A program made the position numbers and the translations under genes. A DNA stretch of 64,000 bases from Candidatus Giovannonibacteria bacterium RIFOXYD1_FULL_48_21 (GTDB taxonomy: Bacteria; Patescibacteriota; Minisyncoccia; JACPKW01; UBA11713), in contig MFIU01000002.1 in assembly GCA_001778985.1 (NCBI GenBank), forward strand, positions 139,930-203,929. The letters run 5' to 3'. Shown here piece after piece: positions 36,990 to 46,159 of the stretch (position 1 is its first letter; each line of letters starts with the position of its first letter). The notes beneath the pieces were generated by a model. That model searched no databases and was not told the DNA's origin. It worked only from the letters and a program-made list of their open reading frames with translations.

Positions 36990-38023
36990 ATCGTTTTTAT
37001 CCAATCCGGCTTCAGGTTCGCGTTTTTCAAATCAAAACGGCCGCCTTCGAAATACTTTTCCAAAAACTCTTTGGCCGGCTGGTTCTTTTCCGTCTCTTTG
37101 AATAAAATTCTTAGCTCTTTGGCATTATTCTCTCTGGCTCTTTGGGCCATAAAATGTAAAAATGCTTCCTCGATTCCCCGCCCCAAGGCTCGGCAACTCG
37201 CGAGCAAGGACTCTATCAGCCATTCTTCCGAATCCTTATTAATCGAGGCAAAAGCTATCACGCCGTAATCTCCGAATTTATCGCGCGCGGCCGCGTGAAA
37301 TATGGAATGGGACGGTTCAGCGATCCGCCGCGAAATTTCATTCTCTGACATGGGTTTTTTATTCGTGTTAAATTGATTGGTTTTCTCGGTAAGTTGCGCC
37401 AACCTCGAGAGGCAGGAGGAATCGTCTTGGTAGCAATGGACTTCTATCTCCAAGCTTTTCAGGAAATCTTCTTTAGCCCCGTAATTATTTTCCGCGGCCT
37501 TGCGCAGACGTTCCGTAACGTATAAATTGCCGCGCATTTTGTCTTCATCAGTAGTGACCCCGCCCTTGAAATACGGCAAAGTCAATAAAAATTTTGCGTA
37601 TTTTTCGGGGTCCTGGGGCAAATCGGGGGTTTCTACTTCCGGCAAGGCATTTCGCATAACGGCGCGGTTTACCGGGTCATCGTCCAAAAACACCAGAGAG
37701 TCCAAACCGATATTCAGCTCCTTCGCGATTTCGCGCATGTTGTCCGGTTTCTCATTCCAATTAATGCGGAGGGACGCGAAATTATTTTCCTTCAAAACCA
37801 TATTCGGGTGGCGGCGAATCACCGCCATGGCGTCTTCATAATTATTCCGGCTGTTGAGCGCTAAAATAATTCCGCGATTATGCAAATCCAGAATGGCCTG
37901 CTGAAAAGCGACAAAGCCGCGGCCGGATGCATCCCAGCCCAGCTTGATGCCGTCTAATCCCTCCTCGCCCACCACCCCTCCCCACAGGGTGTTATCTAAA
38001 TCAAGAACTAAACATTTTTTCAT
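36977..38023 (-). CDS. FkbH-like HAD-IIIC glyceryl transferase/phosphatase
   Basis: DLDNTLWGG, INWNEK, FLDD, KTNQFN, DKFGDYG, SCRALGRGIE. Confidence 0.92.
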   Translation of the reverse strand: MKKCLVLDLDNTLWGGVVGEEGLDGIKLGWDASGRGFVAFQQAILDLHNRGIILALNSRNNYEDAMAVIRRHPNMVLKENNFASLRINWNEKPDNMREIAKELNIGLDSLVFLDDDPVNRAVMRNALPEVETPDLPQDPEKYAKFLLTLPYFKGGVTTDEDKMRGNLYVTERLRKAAENNYGAKEDFLKSLEIEVHCYQDDSSCLSRLAQLTEKTNQFNTNKKPMSENEISRRIAEPSHSIFHAAARDKFGDYGVIAFASINKDSEEWLIESLLASCRALGRGIEEAFLHFMAQRARENNAKELRILFKETEKNQPAKEFLEKYFEGGRFDLKNANLKPDWIKTIWIS

Positions 38024-38027
38024 ATTA

Positions 38028-38369
38028 TCATATAGTTAAAATTACAAACGCCAGCGCCCAATCTTTCGCGTGCGATAAGGACGCAAAAATTTTCAAATCC
38101 TGACATCCATTAATCCGCAGGCGCGGCGTGCCGGATTTATAAATAATTTCAATGTTTTTTAAATCTGTGGCGCGGCCCAGCGCTTTAAGGCCGGCTTCTT
38201 TGGCGCAAAATCTGGCGGCAAAATGCGGATAGGGGTCGGCTTTCGCCGTGCAGTACTCCAACTCCTTTTTTGTAAATATCTTCCGGTAGAAAGGCTTATT
38301 TTCTTTATACGGCAGGTTCCTGAAACGAGCAATGCTTTCGATATCGGCGCCAATCCCAACAATAACCAT
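38028..38369 (-). CDS. acpS: holo-ACP synthase
   Basis: GIGADIE, AARFCAKEA, SLSH. Confidence 0.9.
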   Translation of the reverse strand: MVIVGIGADIESIARFRNLPYKENKPFYRKIFTKKELEYCTAKADPYPHFAARFCAKEAGLKALGRATDLKNIEIIYKSGTPRLRINGCQDLKIFASLSHAKDWALAFVILTI

Positions 38370-38370
38370 A

Positions 38371-39750
38371 TTAAACAAATTGCAAGATATACTTCCCTAT
38401 GCGCTCGCCGGATTTTCCGTCCGTAAATTTGCACTGCTCTTGGACCAGACGCGCTCTCCCCTCCTTATCCAAGGAAGGATTTTCCAAGTAGCGCCTGACC
38501 GCGCTTACTAATTCCTCGGGGCTCGCCACCAATCTTACGCCGTCGGTATCTAAAACTTTTTTATAATGCGCTATCTCTGAATACTGCCTGAAATAGCTGA
38601 ATAAAGATTCTGGCTTTAATTCAAAATTTATATTTATCACCGGGCGGCCGAATATGGCCGCGTCTATACTCAGGCTGGAAGCGTAACAAATCAAAAGCGA
38701 CATATGATAAAGAATGTCGCGCAGGTGGGCCAGCTCGGAAGTATCCATATCCCAATCGTCTCCCCTTTGGTAGTACGCTATCTTGGAAGAAAAACGCACT
38801 CCAGAGTAATCATATTTCAAATGCGGCCTCTTTTTGAGCTCGGCTTCGTCTATCACGTCATAAGGATGGAAACGCACTAAAATCTCGACATCTTCGCCAA
38901 AACTTCCTTCTTTATTCAATGAATACAGCAGGTCAATCATGTCCCAGTCGGAATCGCTATACGAACTGCCGTGCGGAGCATATACGATAATTTTCTTTCG
39001 CGGGTCCAGGCCGAAGCGCTGGCAAAACGTCTCGCGCGCCAAAACCTCCGGACGAAAATAAATATCGTACTGCGGTATTCCGCCCACAAAAATGTCTTCC
39101 TCTTTGACGCCGTTATAATGAATAACTTCGCCCTTGACTATGTCATTAAATACAACTAATTTGTCGGGCAAAAGTCTCAAAACGCACCGGGCCGTAACTT
39201 TGTCCCAAGAATTGATAAAACCGATAACTTTCACGTCGTGATGCTTGGCCGCTCGCAAAAAGTGCACCTCGGGTTCGAAAAAGATATTGGCCAAGAAAAC
39301 CAAATCGGGTTTATATCTTTCAAAAAAACTATCATAGGCGTGATTCGTTACCAAATAGTAATCCAGCCGGCGCGCCAAGAGCAGAAAATATTTGCGGGCA
39401 ATCAAGCGATTTACCAAAAGTCCAAACCAATATCTGAAATGTCTCCAGACTCCCTTTCGGGACTTAAAGCGGACTAGGCGTCTTAAGTCAGTGGTTTTGG
39501 TGCGCAAAAGCGCGAATTTCAGCCACTGAAAGAATCGGTCTAAACCTAGAATTGGGATAGGCGGAGCGACCTCATATAAAATTCTTTCGCTTTCTCCAAA
39601 TTCTTTTTTATGGTATGCCGCCCGCTCCGGGTCTTTGGTAAAAATAACGACGCGCGTGTCCGGCTCTTTCAAGATGGTTTCAAAGATTGACGAACGCAGG
39701 ACATTTTTCGTTTCAACTCCCTCAAAACTGGTGACAAAAATCGTCTTCAT
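38371..39750 (-). CDS. uncharacterised GT-B protein, paralog B
   Basis: NSWDK, GIPQYD, VRFHP, SSLSIDAAIFGRP, DGKSGER. Confidence 0.65.
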   Translation of the reverse strand: MKTIFVTSFEGVETKNVLRSSIFETILKEPDTRVVIFTKDPERAAYHKKEFGESERILYEVAPPIPILGLDRFFQWLKFALLRTKTTDLRRLVRFKSRKGVWRHFRYWFGLLVNRLIARKYFLLLARRLDYYLVTNHAYDSFFERYKPDLVFLANIFFEPEVHFLRAAKHHDVKVIGFINSWDKVTARCVLRLLPDKLVVFNDIVKGEVIHYNGVKEEDIFVGGIPQYDIYFRPEVLARETFCQRFGLDPRKKIIVYAPHGSSYSDSDWDMIDLLYSLNKEGSFGEDVEILVRFHPYDVIDEAELKKRPHLKYDYSGVRFSSKIAYYQRGDDWDMDTSELAHLRDILYHMSLLICYASSLSIDAAIFGRPVININFELKPESLFSYFRQYSEIAHYKKVLDTDGVRLVASPEELVSAVRRYLENPSLDKEGRARLVQEQCKFTDGKSGERIGKYILQFV

Positions 39751-39863
39751 CCCGTTAGAAATTTTACTAATAAACTTTTGCCATGATTATAAAAGCCGAA
39801 GGCGAATTCGCTCCCTCCAAAATATCTTATGATAATCTTGGTTGAATTTCTAACGGGATTCAT
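39747..39863 (-). CDS. 38-aa mini-ORF running through the element
   Basis: MNPVRNSTKIIIRYFGGSEFAFGFYNHGKSLLVKFLTG*; its TGA overlaps the next ATG (ATGA). Confidence 0.4.
   Translation of the reverse strand: MNPVRNSTKIIIRYFGGSEFAFGFYNHGKSLLVKFLTG
39749..39859. mobile_element. 111-bp miniature inverted-repeat element at a start codon
   Basis: 15-bp perfect TIRs ATCCCGTTAGAAATT / AATTTCTAACGGGAT; ATGAA at both ends on the minus strand. Confidence 0.7.
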
Positions 39864-39870
39864 GAGTCAC

Positions 39871-41442
39871 TCACACTCCGCCGGTCAAGTCCTGCTCCTC
39901 AATGTCCTCCAGCTGGTGCTGGCCCCAGTTTAAAAGATAGGTTTTTCGCTCATCTCTCGGCAACTTGGCGATGGAAGGGTCAAGATAAAAAGAGTCTTCT
40001 TTATGGTTGGCAGTGGAAATTTCCTCAAAGACCGCGCCAGCGTCGGTTCCGAAGCTATGCACCACTCCTCTTGGAATCCAGAGCATGTCTCCGGGATATA
40101 AAATTTTTTTCCGTCCCTGAACTTCCACTTCCAAAACTCCGGAAAGAACCTGAAAAGTTTCATCTTTAAGTTTATGGTAATGCTCGGGATTGAATTGACC
40201 CGAAAGTTGAACCAAAATTTTCTTCGCATACTCCCGGTTAAAGCATTCTATGATAGCCGCGCCCACCTCTTGAAACCGCTCGATGCCGTAATGGTGCGAA
40301 AGCTCCACGGAAAAATCATGGCCGACCGGAACTTTCGCCTCGTTCAGCATCCCTTTGATGGCGTGGATGGAATGATAGACAATTTCTTTTTTAGATTTCG
40401 TGTCGGGCCGGAGCGAGGCCGAAAGAGCTTCGTTGGGATGGTAATCCCGGTCGGCCGCGAGTCCGGCCAGAAAGCGTCCCGAAACAAGCTGCCCTTCCTG
40501 CAAAGGCATGGCGAAAAATACGTCTTCATAATTCAGGGTTTCTCCGGCTTTTATCTCCCGCTTGGTCCAGACTCCTCTCACAAAAGTTCTTAAATCCTCG
40601 GCCTCTTTTTCTGGAATTTCCCGCTCGCCCCTTTCCCCGCAGGCCTCGACGGCTTCCCTCCAAGCTCCGAGCCAGGCGCGCACTTGACCGGGATTGGCGG
40701 AATAAGCGTTCAATTTTATCTGGTCAGTTTCAAGGCCCACGTGTTTTTCAAAAATCCTGGCGCCTTTGGCGTAAGCCAGGCGAATGGCATTCAGATTTGA
40801 AGGTTCCTCGTGAGTGGAAAACCCGATGACGATTCCGGGGTAGCGATTTTTCAAAATTTCAATCTGGTTTAGAGAAAACTTGTCGTTCGGGGTGGGATAG
40901 ATGGAAACGCAGTGCAAAAGCGCGAAATGAACGCCCCGCTTCTGGAAGAAGCTCACGATTTTATCGATGTCGCGGATGACGAGTCCGCCGACGGAAACGA
41001 TAACCGGTTTTCCGGTCTGACTCGCCCGCTCCAGCAACGGCCAATCTTGATTGGAAGGAGAACCGATTTTAATCACTCCAACCCCCAATCTTTCAATCTT
41101 ATCCACCGAGGGTTCGTCAAACGGGGTCGCGACGGTCAAAAGCCCCTCGTTCTTAATCTCGCTCGTCAACCGAGAAAATTCTTCTTCAGAAAGGCGGGTT
41201 TCCAAAAACCGCTTCATATAGTGGCTGTTGGAAAATTTTTCATGTTCGGGGTGAATGATGGCGTCCAAATCGCGAAATTGAAGCTTGGCGGCCGCTCGGA
41301 TTTTAAATTCCCGGGCGATCTCCCCCATTTCGCGAATTATCCGGAGTCCATGCTCTAAAGAGCCCTGATGGTTGTTGGCGAGCTCAAAAATGAATAAATT
41401 TTCGAAATCGAATTTTCGCTCGTTTCTCATTGTGGTCCGCAT
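39871..41442 (-). CDS. NeuB family synthase with SAF and C-terminal cupin (sugar isomerase-like) domain
   Basis: FELANNHQG, KLQFR, GFSTHE, FEKHVG; cupin PEHYHKLKDETF...HSF...FEEIST. Confidence 0.85.
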   Translation of the reverse strand: MRTTMRNERKFDFENLFIFELANNHQGSLEHGLRIIREMGEIAREFKIRAAAKLQFRDLDAIIHPEHEKFSNSHYMKRFLETRLSEEEFSRLTSEIKNEGLLTVATPFDEPSVDKIERLGVGVIKIGSPSNQDWPLLERASQTGKPVIVSVGGLVIRDIDKIVSFFQKRGVHFALLHCVSIYPTPNDKFSLNQIEILKNRYPGIVIGFSTHEEPSNLNAIRLAYAKGARIFEKHVGLETDQIKLNAYSANPGQVRAWLGAWREAVEACGERGEREIPEKEAEDLRTFVRGVWTKREIKAGETLNYEDVFFAMPLQEGQLVSGRFLAGLAADRDYHPNEALSASLRPDTKSKKEIVYHSIHAIKGMLNEAKVPVGHDFSVELSHHYGIERFQEVGAAIIECFNREYAKKILVQLSGQFNPEHYHKLKDETFQVLSGVLEVEVQGRKKILYPGDMLWIPRGVVHSFGTDAGAVFEEISTANHKEDSFYLDPSIAKLPRDERKTYLLNWGQHQLEDIEEQDLTGGV

Positions 41443-41443
41443 C

Positions 41444-42325
41444 TTATTTTAACATCTTCATAATCTGATAGGTCTCTTTGAGTCCCCCCTCCAAAGAATA
41501 TTTGGGTTTCCAGCCAGTCAGTTTTGTGATTAACGAGATATCGGTGACGAATTTCATCGGGCCGGTGACGGGGACGTCCAAAACCTTAATTTTTTTTCCG
41601 GAAAGCTTCTCGATAATCTCGACAACCTCGCCGATGGAACGCGACTCCCCGGCGCCTAAATTAACATGTCCCGTGTAATCCGTCTCCAGAAGGACGGCCA
41701 CCGCGTCTGCCGCGTCTTTGGCGTAAATCAAATCGCGCTCCGGCTTAATCGACCAGACTTCTGTTTCCCTCGAAGAAAGAACGCCCTGCATTAGAGTCGG
41801 CACTAAATCAGGACGAACCAATCTGGTCGGGCCGTAGATGTTTGAAAGGCGAACCGCTATCGAGGGCACCTCTTTATAAAATTTCATGACTTCCTCCTGT
41901 AAATATTTACTGAAGACATAATCGTTGAGGTAGGGATTGATGGGCTGTGATTCATCCGCGGGCAATTTCAGTTTATCAACGTCGTACAGAAGGATGGTCG
42001 TGAAAGCTATAAACTTTTTGAGTTTTCTTCTCTTCAGATAGTGCAAGGCTTTTTTAATGGGAATCACGTTATAATCTAAACCCATCATGCCGGATTGGTT
42101 TATCTGATGATGGTTGGAGTTGCCTATCAGAAAAATAACTTTATCGAAATCCAGCTCGTCCAAAACGCTTAAATCATCCAGGCTCTCAAAATGAATATGC
42201 TTATTTTTGACCTCAGGCGGAGGCTGGGTTCGGCCCACGGAAACAATCTCCGGATAGCGCTCCAGAATAATTGGGCCCAGAAAACCAGAGCCGCCGAAAA
42301 GTATGGTTTTAGATAAAGAGTTCAT
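41444..42325 (-). CDS. NAD-dependent epimerase/dehydratase
   Basis: GGSGFLG, YVFSK, RLSNIYGP, RDLIY. Confidence 0.82.
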   Translation of the reverse strand: MNSLSKTILFGGSGFLGPIILERYPEIVSVGRTQPPPEVKNKHIHFESLDDLSVLDELDFDKVIFLIGNSNHHQINQSGMMGLDYNVIPIKKALHYLKRRKLKKFIAFTTILLYDVDKLKLPADESQPINPYLNDYVFSKYLQEEVMKFYKEVPSIAVRLSNIYGPTRLVRPDLVPTLMQGVLSSRETEVWSIKPERDLIYAKDAADAVAVLLETDYTGHVNLGAGESRSIGEVVEIIEKLSGKKIKVLDVPVTGPMKFVTDISLITKLTGWKPKYSLEGGLKETYQIMKMLK

Positions 42326-43163
42326 TAAGTATTTTCCTTTTATGATGCCAAAGTTGTCTCACCCAAGGAATAAAGATAAGATGTTTTCTTGCGAGTGGAA
42401 TATTTGGAGACGACAACAGCCAAGCGAGCATGATAAAGATATAATTCGTGTAGGCCAAGGGGCGGGCGTGCAGTTTGCCGATGAAAGCATGGCGCAGCGT
42501 AATCGGAACTGGATTTTTATATTTCGAATAAAGCACCTCCTTTACGGAATAAAAATTAGTGGCCAAGGCGGCTTCGCAGGTAAAAATTGTAAAACCATCG
42601 ATGCAGTCGGGCATTAATCTTTGGTAAAGCCTGGAAAGAAATTCTCTTCGATAAAGCCCGTGAAAGAAAACCGGATTCATTTTGGCTTTAATCATCTTAC
42701 TATAAACCTGATAATGGCTTTTGTTTGTGAAGTCGTGCTCGAAAATTCCGCTTATCTTCGCGGGGCTGTACTCGAGCGTGCCGCGCTCGCTGAAATGACT
42801 CATGGCCACGTCGTGGTTGGGACTGGATTCCAAAGATTCCAGCGTTTTTTCTATAAATCTTTTATCCCACCAGTCGTCATCTGCCGCCCACATAAAATAT
42901 TCGCCCCGAGCTTCACTTAAAGTCGCGGCGAGATCTTTGACCATTCCGCCATTTTCCTCTTTTCTGATGTATCTTATTCTGGAGTCCTGTTTCTGATATT
43001 TTTCGCAGATTTTTTGAGTTTCATCGGTGGAAGCGCCGTCCACTATAATCAATTCTAAATTTTTATAAGTCTGCGCCAAGAGAGAGTCAAGGGCGTGGCG
43101 AATTGAATTCGCGTGATTGCGGGTCGGCATGCCGATTGAAACCAATTTTTCAGCTTCATTCAT
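42309..43163 (-). CDS. glycosyltransferase family 2
   Basis: VSIGMP, VDGASTDET, WAADDD. Confidence 0.88.
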   Translation of the reverse strand: MNEAEKLVSIGMPTRNHANSIRHALDSLLAQTYKNLELIIVDGASTDETQKICEKYQKQDSRIRYIRKEENGGMVKDLAATLSEARGEYFMWAADDDWWDKRFIEKTLESLESSPNHDVAMSHFSERGTLEYSPAKISGIFEHDFTNKSHYQVYSKMIKAKMNPVFFHGLYRREFLSRLYQRLMPDCIDGFTIFTCEAALATNFYSVKEVLYSKYKNPVPITLRHAFIGKLHARPLAYTNYIFIMLAWLLSSPNIPLARKHLIFIPWVRQLWHHKRKILNELFI

Positions 43164-44088
43164 GTTCAAGATACCATTCTATTGTTTTTTTAAGACCGGA
43201 CTCAAGATTCGTCGCGGCCTTGAAACCGAATTCCTGTTGGGCTTTGGAAACGTCAAATTTGCGCCTGGGTTGGCCTTCGGGATAGTTAGCGCCCCAGCGC
43301 GCTTCGCCTTTAAAATCCATCAAACGGCAAAGCGTCGCCACTAAATCTCTTATGGAAATCTCCTCGCCGGAACCGAGGTTCACGGGCTCCGGCTTGTCAT
43401 ACCGCATCGCGGCGAGCGCGATTCCTTCGGCCGCGTCTTCGGCATATAAAAATTCTCGGCTGGCGTTCCCCGAACCGCCGACTTCAATATAATCTCGGCT
43501 CGCTTTCTTGGCCTCGGCGATTTTCCGAATCAAAGCCGGAATCACGTGCGAGCGCTCGGGATTAAAATTATCTCCCGGGCCGTAAAGATTCACCATCAAC
43601 AGGTGTATGCCGTTAAATCCGTATTGCCGGCGATAAGCTTGGGTCTGAACCAGCATAAATTTTTTGGCCAAGCCGTAAAAGGCGTTGTCCGGCTCTGGAT
43701 AGCCGTCCCAAAGGTTTTCTTCTTTGAAGGGCAGAGGCGCGAATTTGGGGTAAGAACAGACACTGCCCACGCCCACGAATTTTTTAACTCCGGCGCGATA
43801 CGCGGCGTCTATGAGATTCAGGGACATGGCGGCGGAATCATAAAAAGCCTCGCCTGGAAAATCCCGCACGAATTTAAGCCCGCCCACCGAAGCCGCGAGA
43901 TGCAAAATCAAATCCCGGCCCTCGACCGCCTTCTTGCAAATTTCTTTTTCGCGCAAATCATGCTCGCGGCTTCCGGGCGCGAAAATATTCTTTTCTTCGG
44001 CTCCGTGCTCGAGCAATTTTTTGAAAACAAACTTGCCCAAAAATCCCCCTCCTCCGGTCAGCAAAATTTTTTTATCCTTCAAATCCAT
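43156..44088 (-). CDS. fcl: GDP-L-fucose synthase / ColC-like epimerase-reductase
   Basis: TGGGGFLG, AASVGG, SVCSYP, YGLAK, NLYGPGDNF, SHVIPAL, REFLY. Confidence 0.88.
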   Translation of the reverse strand: MDLKDKKILLTGGGGFLGKFVFKKLLEHGAEEKNIFAPGSREHDLREKEICKKAVEGRDLILHLAASVGGLKFVRDFPGEAFYDSAAMSLNLIDAAYRAGVKKFVGVGSVCSYPKFAPLPFKEENLWDGYPEPDNAFYGLAKKFMLVQTQAYRRQYGFNGIHLLMVNLYGPGDNFNPERSHVIPALIRKIAEAKKASRDYIEVGGSGNASREFLYAEDAAEGIALAAMRYDKPEPVNLGSGEEISIRDLVATLCRLMDFKGEARWGANYPEGQPRRKFDVSKAQQEFGFKAATNLESGLKKTIEWYLEHE

Positions 44089-44116
44089 AGTTATATATAG
44101 CATCTTTTAAAATGGC

Positions 44117-44168
44117 TTGACAAGAAAGAAAGTTTCCGCTACGCTATGGTAAATCTTCTAAAGGAGGT
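44117..44168 (+). promoter_or_regulatory. promoter and SD for 44174..44935
   Basis: TTGACA (44117-22), 17 bp, TACGCT (44140-45); AAGGAGGT 44161-68. Confidence 0.6.
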
Positions 44169-44173
44169 GCGAA

Positions 44174-44935
44174 GTGAATACAGTAGTAATCGCAACGACG
44201 ACCTTTTACAAGTCAAGAAAGGATTATCGGTTCCCTTGTGCGGATCGCATGGTTAAAAAAGCGATCGCGGACGGACATATCGTAATCATCGTTGATGGCT
44301 CGCCAAACCCGGAGATCAAAGAATATTTCCTCTCGCTCGGCGCCATGGTATACGACGAGACCATGAAAGGCATCGGCCCATCGCGGCGCGAACTGTACAA
44401 TCACATTCGGCTATTCAGAGTCCGGCACACAGCCGCTCCGGAGATAATCCAATGGCTCGAGCCAGAGAAAGACGACCTGATACCGTTCGTTCCGCAAATC
44501 ATCGAACCGATTAAACAAGGGAAGGCAAAAATCGTTGTCCCGCGCCGGACACCCGCAGCTTGGGAATCTTACCCCAAATTCCAGCGGGCATCTGAACGGA
44601 CAGCTAACATGGCCTACAAGTTCGCTACAGGGCTCGACGTAGACATTTTCTTCGGGCCGGTCGCATTTCGCTGCGACATGCTTCCTTATTTTCTTAACTG
44701 CAACCCGACAGAATTCGGCGCGGCGGACAACTATATTCAGCACTATGCACCGGTCTTTGCCAATCGGGACTTCCACAGAGTTGCTTCGGTCGAAATTGAT
44801 TTCCGCTACCCTCCGGGACAGCGGGAAGCGGAGGAAGGTATCGATCTCCGAGCTATGGTCGAGCGGCGTAACGAGCAGCTTGAAACGCTCGTTGACGGCT
44901 ATTTCAAATTCAGCCGCCATCTCGGCCTCCGCTAA
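44174..44935 (+). CDS. hypothetical protein, possible GT-A fold
   Basis: IIVDGS, WLEPEKDD, IVVPRR; own SD, promoter and terminator. Confidence 0.5.
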   Translation: MNTVVIATTTFYKSRKDYRFPCADRMVKKAIADGHIVIIVDGSPNPEIKEYFLSLGAMVYDETMKGIGPSRRELYNHIRLFRVRHTAAPEIIQWLEPEKDDLIPFVPQIIEPIKQGKAKIVVPRRTPAAWESYPKFQRASERTANMAYKFATGLDVDIFFGPVAFRCDMLPYFLNCNPTEFGAADNYIQHYAPVFANRDFHRVASVEIDFRYPPGQREAEEGIDLRAMVERRNEQLETLVDGYFKFSRHLGLR

Positions 44936-44953
44936 TCGCTCTTTATCCATCCG

Positions 44954-44997
44954 AAGAGGCGCGCGGGCGTACCCAAAACACCCGTCGCCTCTTTTTT
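44954..44997 (+). terminator. intrinsic terminator
   Basis: AAGAGGCG...CGCCTCTT stem followed by a T run. Confidence 0.65.
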
Positions 44998-46159
44998 ATT
45001 TCTCCAAAAGATTTAAGAGGTATTCTATCTCTTCTTCGGTAAGCTCGGCGTTATTGGGGAAGTAAAAAGCGTTCTCATGGATAAAATCTGCATTGGGGAG
45101 AGTTTCGGTTTTTGTTTCAGATTTCCAGAAAGGGTGGCGCACTATATTGCCGGCAATGACCGGACGAATCTCTACGTCGTTTTCCTCAAAAATTTTACGA
45201 TAGCGCTCAAAAGTTTTTTTGTCTTTGGCGATCAGCGGCACCGCGAAATTGGAGATTAGCTCCATATGCCCGAGCTCCAAAGAAATTAAATCCGGATTGG
45301 CCGCAATAACTTTCGCAAAAGCCGTAAAATTAGAAGCTCGCCTGGAAACAATCTCATCCCAATAGCCCAGCTGGTCGCGGCCCAAAAAACCCTGAATTTC
45401 GGTCGGCCGCAGGTTATACGCCAAACCATAAAAAGCGTACTTCGCGAAAAAATCATCAATTCTGTGCGCGAGCCTGATTTCCTTCTGCCGCTTTTCCGGC
45501 AGATTTCTGTCCCAACCATGAGCCCTGGCCATTAGAAGTTCTTGATAGAGCTCTTCATCATCCGTGGCCACCATCCCGCCCTCTACCGTCGAGAAATGAT
45601 GCCCGACAAAAAAAGAAAAAGTAGCGGCGAGACCGAAATTTCCCAAAAGCCTCCCGCTCACTTTTGAACCCAAAGATTCGCAGTTATCCTCTATAAAAAT
45701 AATCCCGCTCTCCAGACAAAGTTTTCGAATTCCTTCAATATCATCCGCAAACCCCAAGACATTCGTCAAAAATAAGGCCTCAAGGCCTTTGATTTTAGAG
45801 GTAAGAATCCGGGGAGAAACATTCAAAGTTTCAAGCTCCGAATCCAAAGGCACTGGCTTCATCCCCAGCTGGATTATCGGCATCACGTTGGTTGACCAGG
45901 TAAGGGCGGAGAAGCCCACTCGGGAGCCGTCGTTTAATCTTCCGAGATTTTTTAGAGCCTGCAGCAAAAGAAGATTGGCCGCACTGCCGCTCGTGGTCAT
46001 GACCGCGAATCTTCGCCCCTGCTTTTTCGCGAAATCTTCTTCGAATTTCCGCGTTTCGGCTCCCATGCTCAAAAATTGGGCGCCCAAGATAAAATCGGCC
46101 AGTTTTTTCTTGGTCTCGCCTTCCTTATAGAAAGTCGATTTAACCAGTTTGATTTTCAT
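44996..46159 (-). CDS. colD: ColD-like PLP-dependent GDP-4-keto-6-deoxymannose 3-dehydratase (DegT family)
   Basis: [29 protein letters not shown] (His at the catalytic Lys position), RAHGW. Confidence 0.75.
   Translation of the reverse strand: MKIKLVKSTFYKEGETKKKLADFILGAQFLSMGAETRKFEEDFAKKQGRRFAVMTTSGSAANLLLLQALKNLGRLNDGSRVGFSALTWSTNVMPIIQLGMKPVPLDSELETLNVSPRILTSKIKGLEALFLTNVLGFADDIEGIRKLCLESGIIFIEDNCESLGSKVSGRLLGNFGLAATFSFFVGHHFSTVEGGMVATDDEELYQELLMARAHGWDRNLPEKRQKEIRLAHRIDDFFAKYAFYGLAYNLRPTEIQGFLGRDQLGYWDEIVSRRASNFTAFAKVIAANPDLISLELGHMELISNFAVPLIAKDKKTFERYRKIFEENDVEIRPVIAGNIVRHPFWKSETKTETLPNADFIHENAFYFPNNAELTEEEIEYLLNLLEK

Noticed and set aside
34681-38369. Fatty-acid synthase or PKS cluster
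   Set aside because: No ketosynthase, malonyl transferase or enoyl reductase; the context is glycan tailoring
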